From: Promethearchaeia archaeon
GTDB taxonomy: Archaea; Asgardarchaeota; Lokiarchaeia; Sigyniarchaeales; SOKP01
DNA length: 64,000 nucleotides
Direction: 5' to 3'
Assembly (NCBI GenBank): GCA_029856105.1
Contig: JAHQWH010000226.1
Coordinates: 1 to 64,000, forward strand
Each line of letters opens with the position of its first letter. Position 1 is the first letter of the stretch. The notes below the pieces were generated by a model that was given only the letters and a program-made list of their open reading frames with translations, had not been told where the DNA came from and searched no databases. Positions 58,354 to 64,000 of this stretch are shown here, piece by piece. The translations under genes and the position numbers were made by a program.

Positions 58354-58704
58354 GTGTCTTACGACTCAGAGAATTTGATAGTTATTTCTTTTGTTGGAAT
58401 ATACATATTAATTGTTCTTATACTTATCATTAGGGGAAAAAAAGAAAACAGAAATTTAGTAATTCAAATTTTGCTTATTTCTGCTCTTATTTTTATAAAC
58501 TCGTTTATTCGATTTCCTATATTTAACTTTATTATTTTAATAACTATAGTTGCTTTGTTTTGTTATATATTAGTAGCATTACTTAAACCATATGTGTTAG
58601 TCAAAAAAGAGAAAGATTCGTTCTTAAAATTAGATAAAAGTATAAATGAAAATACTGAAAACTCTAATTCTTCAAATGAAAACGCCATAAATGGGGGGGA
58701 TTAA
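58354..58704 (+). CDS. Small 3-TM membrane protein
   Basis: Hydrophobic ORF overlapping the start of the next gene. Confidence 0.6.
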   Translation: MSYDSENLIVISFVGIYILIVLILIIRGKKENRNLVIQILLISALIFINSFIRFPIFNFIILITIVALFCYILVALLKPYVLVKKEKDSFLKLDKSINENTENSNSSNENAINGGD

Positions 58705-60190
58705 TATAACAAACATAATTACAGCTTTAGCACCTTTAATCCCTATGTATGTCCTTTTCTTTGGGGCTTTTGTCGCATATATCTTACAAAGTGATGTTAA
58801 AAGGAAACAGGTGATTTTTGGATTATTGTTTTTCAATTTAGTTCTTAATTCATTTTTGTGTGTAATGCACATTTTTTATTATTTTAATGGTTCAAATTTA
58901 AAAGGTACATACATAACAATCGAACTGATACTTATTTTTGGTTTAATTGCAACCCAGTTTTCTAATAATCAACTAAAAGATTCTCCAAATAAAAGTTTAT
59001 ATGATTTTCTTGTGCTAATCATTATATTTGGGTTAATTGGAATCGTTTTAACGACAAATATAATGTCCACCGTTTTATGGTTTCTGTTCCTCTCTCTAAT
59101 TTTTGGCGTAATCTTCTTCATCGATAATTTCAAAAAAGAGTTAGAATTGTTAAAATTCTATTTTATTGTTCTAATCATCAGCGCAATTTGCTTGATAGGA
59201 GCAACAATTTTAATTTATTTAGCAACTGGAAGTCTAGAATTAGACGTAATAAATGGAATTCAAATCTCCGAAGAGCTCAATAATTTTATCTCAGTCACTT
59301 TATTCTTAGGAATTGGTTTATTATGTGGTTTGGTTCCTTTCTCAATATTTCATTTGAAAAATTATTTTCAAGATAATTCATACGCTAACTTGCTTCTTTT
59401 TACAATTTTTATTTACATTATCTCTTTTATTGCGATTAGAATTCTTAATGTCTTAAGTTACGAGTCGTTGTTAGTCAGTTTTGCGCTAATGACTCTTTTA
59501 ATTCTGGGGATAATATTATCTATGGTTTATATTATAATAGAATTATTTACCCACATAGATGGAAATACATATTCTATTAAAAAAATATTTGGATATTCGG
59601 TTGTATTAGATTTTAACATGGTTTTAATATTCGTTGTGTTTTCTAATCTACTAACTACTCCTTTAAATGAGATTTTTCTAAATTCTATAATTTATTTCTT
59701 ACTGACTATTTTTTCGGTTAAAATGTTAATTTTTTTTACTTTCTATCCCGTCACAATTAATACTGACGAAGATAACATGAAGTTATTAGGTGGCTTTAAG
59801 AACGAGTATAGAAAGTTTGGTACGGCTTTATTAGTTTCGGGTTTAATTATTATTGTTTTATTAGGCTTTTTGTTTTTAAATAATACTTTACCTATACTAT
59901 TTAGTTATGAAATTACTTCTAATTCTTTATATTCATTGACAGCAAGTTTTGTCCTAACGGTTTATGTTCTATTTTTAATAATGGTTCTTATTTTTATATC
60001 TATAAATTTCAATCACTTATATAACCAGAATGAACCTCAATATATACAAAGGGATAGTGCGAAAAATATACGTTCAATTGATTTTATGCCTATTATGATC
60101 CTTTTAATTATAATTATTTGTCTCAGTTTAAGCTATATCTTTATTGGCAACTTTTATTACGATTTATTCAAAGATTTCTTTTATTTTTAA
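58691..60190 (+). CDS. Divergent MrpD/NuoN-like proton-conducting membrane subunit
   Basis: About 14 TMs; LIY..TGSL.., GLVPF, IKK..GYS and LGG motifs in the expected order. Confidence 0.6.
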   Translation: MGGINITNIITALAPLIPMYVLFFGAFVAYILQSDVKRKQVIFGLLFFNLVLNSFLCVMHIFYYFNGSNLKGTYITIELILIFGLIATQFSNNQLKDSPNKSLYDFLVLIIIFGLIGIVLTTNIMSTVLWFLFLSLIFGVIFFIDNFKKELELLKFYFIVLIISAICLIGATILIYLATGSLELDVINGIQISEELNNFISVTLFLGIGLLCGLVPFSIFHLKNYFQDNSYANLLLFTIFIYIISFIAIRILNVLSYESLLVSFALMTLLILGIILSMVYIIIELFTHIDGNTYSIKKIFGYSVVLDFNMVLIFVVFSNLLTTPLNEIFLNSIIYFLLTIFSVKMLIFFTFYPVTINTDEDNMKLLGGFKNEYRKFGTALLVSGLIIIVLLGFLFLNNTLPILFSYEITSNSLYSLTASFVLTVYVLFLIMVLIFISINFNHLYNQNEPQYIQRDSAKNIRSIDFMPIMILLIIIICLSLSYIFIGNFYYDLFKDFFYF

Positions 60191-60220
60191 AGAATTAGCT
60201 CAAAATTTAATAAATAACGC

Positions 60221-61732
60221 CTATACAGAGTCGTGTTTCACAAATATTTCAGCTGCGAATTCGACATCCTCTATAGTAAGAGGTCTTGCCATGGTTTTTT
60301 GTAGCTCGGTTATCAATTGTAGGCATAACTCTAAGCTTAGCGAACTACCTTTCTTTTCGATCGTCCTTTGAAGCGTGCTTGATAATTCCTCACCAATCTT
60401 TCTCTCTTCAAGTATAGGTCGTTTTTCTTCAGGAATAACCAAATTTATATCAAGCGTGATATCTTCTTTGTCCAATTCAGCTTCTTTTGACTCAACCGTA
60501 GAATCAGATTTTGAAAATAACATTAAATCCTCAGCCTTTTTCTCTATTTTTTGCGATTTTTGAGCTCTATAAGTAGTTTTTGGTACTTCTGCTGATGGTG
60601 GCGCTTTTACATCTGATTTACTTGAAGGTAAAGGTTGTACTTTAATACTTTTAGAGAACTGAATTTTTCCCGGGATTTCAAATTTCATTTTCTTATCTGC
60701 TTTTTTTCTTAGTTCAGCTTGCTCGGCTACTTTTTTTTGTAACTCATCTAAATTTTTCTTGAGCTTGTTTATGTAAGTAAAATCTTGATAGTTGTTACAT
60801 ATTTTTATCAATTCTTTATACTTAGAAATAGCGAGTATTAAGTTTCCCTCTCTTTTTAGATTTTCTGCTTCATTCAACAATTCTGTAAAATAATGAGGTA
60901 ATAGTTTTTTTAAACTCAGCATTTTAGCAATTAAAGATTTGATTTTTTCTTTAATGTTCGCTTCGATTAAAGAAATTTCTTCGAAATGTGGAATGTCTAA
61001 TTCGTTCTTTATGAGTTTAATATCTTCATCTTCAACTAAGTCGCGCTTAGTTCCGAGAATCAGTAATTTTGAGAATTTGCTTTCTTGCTTTTGCAAGTTT
61101 AGGAAGTGATTAATCACTCGTAAATGGTAATTTGATAAATCAAATAGTAGGATGACCAAATCGGAGCCTTTTATAAATTTTGACCACATGAGCGAGAAGT
61201 TATCATTAAGGGCAAAATCCCAAATATCAAATTTCAGGTTGTCAACCATATACTCAGAAGTTCTAGCAAAATTCATGATTGCGCGCTCCTTACCACCTCT
61301 CAGCATAGTATAAAGCAAAGTTTTTCCTGAATGAGTTGGACCTATTATTGTAATTTTTGAGTGTAATTCGTATTGCTGTTCTCTTAAAAAGTCTACAAAT
61401 TCTCGCTTATTTTCACTTGAATTTTTTATATCTATCGGGTTTGGGAACAATTCTTTAAAATTTTTAGCCGTATTCTCTATCGTGGGACCGACATAATCAA
61501 GACTGTCTACCAAGTCGGTTATAAATAAGAATAGTACATTCCCCTCTGATTTGTGAAATATTTGAAAGTGTTCTGATACCGGTCGATGAAATATTTTACC
61601 GGGTATTGGCATTTCGATGAAGGATTGAATAATCTTTGTTACGTTATTCAACTCATCTTCTGCTAAAGCTAAAGCGTATGTATGATTGTAAATGCACTCA
61701 TTCATATGAAAAATGTGAATTTGTCGAAGCAA
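60221..61732 (-). CDS. Longin-like domain + degenerate Arf/Rag-like small GTPase + helical repeat fusion
   Basis: N-terminal longin-like beta/alpha pattern; G1 GPTHSGKT; WDFALN at G3; TKRD at G4; TPR/MIT-like helices. Confidence 0.7.
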   Translation of the reverse strand: MLRQIHIFHMNECIYNHTYALALAEDELNNVTKIIQSFIEMPIPGKIFHRPVSEHFQIFHKSEGNVLFLFITDLVDSLDYVGPTIENTAKNFKELFPNPIDIKNSSENKREFVDFLREQQYELHSKITIIGPTHSGKTLLYTMLRGGKERAIMNFARTSEYMVDNLKFDIWDFALNDNFSLMWSKFIKGSDLVILLFDLSNYHLRVINHFLNLQKQESKFSKLLILGTKRDLVEDEDIKLIKNELDIPHFEEISLIEANIKEKIKSLIAKMLSLKKLLPHYFTELLNEAENLKREGNLILAISKYKELIKICNNYQDFTYINKLKKNLDELQKKVAEQAELRKKADKKMKFEIPGKIQFSKSIKVQPLPSSKSDVKAPPSAEVPKTTYRAQKSQKIEKKAEDLMLFSKSDSTVESKEAELDKEDITLDINLVIPEEKRPILEERKIGEELSSTLQRTIEKKGSSLSLELCLQLITELQKTMARPLTIEDVEFAAEIFVKHDSV

Positions 61733-62114
61733 TTTCTTCCTCTTCCAGTCTTTATATTTTTAAGGAAACCTTTTTATCAATCTTAATAATTATTAGATAA
61801 CACTTCCTAATATAGTTTACATTACATTCGATTAATTTTAATTTTTAGGATCTTTTTTTTATTTCTTAGGAGAATAATGATATTTAGATTTTAACATAAG
61901 TGAATATATAATTATTCAGAAGTGGTATATAGTAAAAAGTTATCGAAGATTAAATACAAACATGTTAAATTTTAAATAATATCGCACCAAATCTTTTTTA
62001 AATTATAATTAAAACATCAAATTTGATTATATGACAACAATAAAATATAAGAAGTATATACTATATTACATAGTGGTAATAGCATTCTTTATTCAATAAT
62101 TTAAAATCTCGATA

Positions 62115-63071
62115 ATGCCCTTGGAACAAAATCACGTTGAAAATTTTCTCAAGAATAATTCAAATCCTAAACATAAATCTGAATTATTCAATCTTCTTAG
62201 AGAAAGGATTGATGACTTATGTGATATTTGTTCAAAAGATCGAATCCGAAATGTATTAAACCCAATGTGTTATCATCGGTTTTTACTTGCGCTAAGACTC
62301 TTGAACGGTCTAGGAATTGAAGATCAACCTGAATTCTGTTACGGTGTTCACAAGGATATAGTTTTTCGGGATTTTAGGAATAAAACGGTAATCTACAAGC
62401 CAAACGATGCGTATTTGTATTTAATAGATTTCTTTGATGTTTTTTTCCACGGTGATTATAGAAAACTCAACAAATTCTTTTCTAAAAAAGATTTTAAAGA
62501 AACCAATAAAATTTTTGACGATAGAATAAATAATAGAGATGAGCACTTTCAATATCTATTAACCGATGATAAAAGTTTTATGTTATTCAAATACGATGAA
62601 AGGATTCATGTTGCTTTTATTAAGGAGAATTACGCTCTCTGCAACGCTAATAGAGAAAACATTACAGATTTAGAACTCTTACTAGGATTATGCAAACTCT
62701 TCGCACGAATTTATTTTCCAGAAATAAAGTTAAAATTAATCCCAAATGACTGCGTTGAGATTAAAACCATTATTCCAAAAGAGGCACTTCAAAAAATTAG
62801 CCCTACAGAACCTACAGAAGAAGACTCTAAACGAGATAAATACATATGGAATGTTTTCCCTAGTGAACTTGATACGTTAAGTCAATTTTCTAAAGAAATA
62901 AACATATATTTAGATAAAAAGAAAAATTTGGCAATAAGATTACATATTGGCATAGAATCTGAGGGCATCTTCAATCGATCTAAACGCATGTTATTACGAT
63001 ATCGAGATTTAAGATTAATATTTAACATTCTTTATCGGTTGTACAACGATTTCTATATACTACATATTTAA
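62115..63071 (+). CDS. Hypothetical protein with Cys cluster
   Basis: 318-aa ORF, CDIC...C...FC; no family recognised. Confidence 0.7.
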   Translation: MPLEQNHVENFLKNNSNPKHKSELFNLLRERIDDLCDICSKDRIRNVLNPMCYHRFLLALRLLNGLGIEDQPEFCYGVHKDIVFRDFRNKTVIYKPNDAYLYLIDFFDVFFHGDYRKLNKFFSKKDFKETNKIFDDRINNRDEHFQYLLTDDKSFMLFKYDERIHVAFIKENYALCNANRENITDLELLLGLCKLFARIYFPEIKLKLIPNDCVEIKTIIPKEALQKISPTEPTEEDSKRDKYIWNVFPSELDTLSQFSKEINIYLDKKKNLAIRLHIGIESEGIFNRSKRMLLRYRDLRLIFNILYRLYNDFYILHI

Positions 63072-63120
63072 TGAATAAAAATTATATAAGTCAAAAAAAA
63101 ATAGTTTTAAGTTGGTTAAA

Positions 63121-64000
63121 ATGAGCGAAAAAGATCAAAAAAATCCCGAAATTACCAAGATAAAAGATTTCGTGAAAGATGGTAGAATAGACGATGCAGT
63201 TAAAATTATTGCACTCTATCTTGGAGATTCAACTCAAGAAAATAATATAGAAAGACTTGAAGATATAATCGAAATGCTTTTGTCGCTCCATGGTGGACAA
63301 ACCGTCTTAAGATCTCTAATAGAGCAATTAGTTATTGACATCCCATCTTTATTAGAGAATCTCTCAAAACGCGATTCTGTCTTAAGATATAGCTTTCTTT
63401 TGCTCTTGAAGACGATGTGTGAGCAAGAATGTTCTATTTTTCTTCCCTATAGTGAAGATTTGTTAAGTTCTGAAGACCCAAACGTTAGAGAAGCCGTTCT
63501 ACAGCTCATAATTTTTATGGCGGGAGGAGAAGAATACATCGAGGACGAATCGTTGATTGGAAAGATCGCTAAAGCTTTAACTGATGAAAAAGAATTCGTA
63601 GTTGAGAAAGCAGTTCAAGCGTTAAAAATTATAGGTGGAAATAATCCATCCTTAGTCACCAAAATGATTACTCAAAATGTTAAAGAAAATCCAGAAAACG
63701 ATGAATTAAAAAGAATTGTGGACAATGTGCTAAAATCAGTTGTTACAATTGAGAGGATCGATGAATTAGTAGAAGAGAGTGAGAAAAGAGAGATTACAGA
63801 TGAGGAATTAATAGAAAAAGAAGAGTCAGACATAATCGATAAGGAACTCGAACTAAAGAAAAAAGAAATAGAAATTAAAAAGAAAAAGTTAGAATTAGAA
63901 GAGAAAGAAAAAGAAATAGAAAAAAAAATTATTCAAGAAAAGGAAAAAACGCTAAAATTAAAAGAAGATCTCATTGAACAAGAGAGTAAAGAACAACCTG
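63121..64000 (+). CDS. HEAT/ARM-repeat + acidic/basic coiled-coil protein (runs off the window, not in the ORF track)
   Basis: Open from ATG 63121 (MSEKDQKNPEITKIKDF...); LLSSEDPNVREA and LTDEKEFVVEKA repeats; EK-rich tail. Confidence 0.8.
   Translation, partial: MSEKDQKNPEITKIKDFVKDGRIDDAVKIIALYLGDSTQENNIERLEDIIEMLLSLHGGQTVLRSLIEQLVIDIPSLLENLSKRDSVLRYSFLLLLKTMCEQECSIFLPYSEDLLSSEDPNVREAVLQLIIFMAGGEEYIEDESLIGKIAKALTDEKEFVVEKAVQALKIIGGNNPSLVTKMITQNVKENPENDELKRIVDNVLKSVVTIERIDELVEESEKREITDEELIEKEESDIIDKELELKKKEIEIKKKKLELEEKEKEIEKKIIQEKEKTLKLKEDLIEQESKEQP

Noticed and set aside
3703-60563. Many short antisense or overlapping ORFs in the track (e.g. 3703-3927, 28868-29266, 41772-42179)
   Set aside because: They are shadows of long, motif-supported genes on the other strand or frame

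Overview
AT-rich, gene-dense archaeal chromosomal DNA that is very probably from an Asgard archaeon (Lokiarchaeia-like). This is inferred from an actin-related protein, Rab-like and longin-fused Arf-like small GTPases, two TFB paralogues, HEAT and multi-PAS proteins, and three secreted proteins with the Loki-CTERM-type tail (I[PS]GY + TM helix + basic residues). About 50 CDS are present; I saw no rRNA, tRNA, CRISPR array, integrase or transposase. Main findings: (1) three copies of the purD 3' end (46633-47974) bracket two tiny single-gene cassettes, the footprint of serial site-specific insertion into purD with no integrase in view; (2) two tandem P2A-scaffold ATPases whose M4 PEGL motif is replaced by PIN(I/L), resembling the PISL motif of P4 flippases, and which have lost the M6 Ca2+ ligands; (3) a coiled-coil / polyproline / WH2-like (helix + LKKI) protein co-oriented with a divergent actin-related gene. 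Smaller signals include a probable ATT start codon, phased operator-like repeats, degenerate GTPases, a Mrp-like subunit missing its charged residues and gene remnants at the left edge. All family calls come from motif recognition, not database searches.
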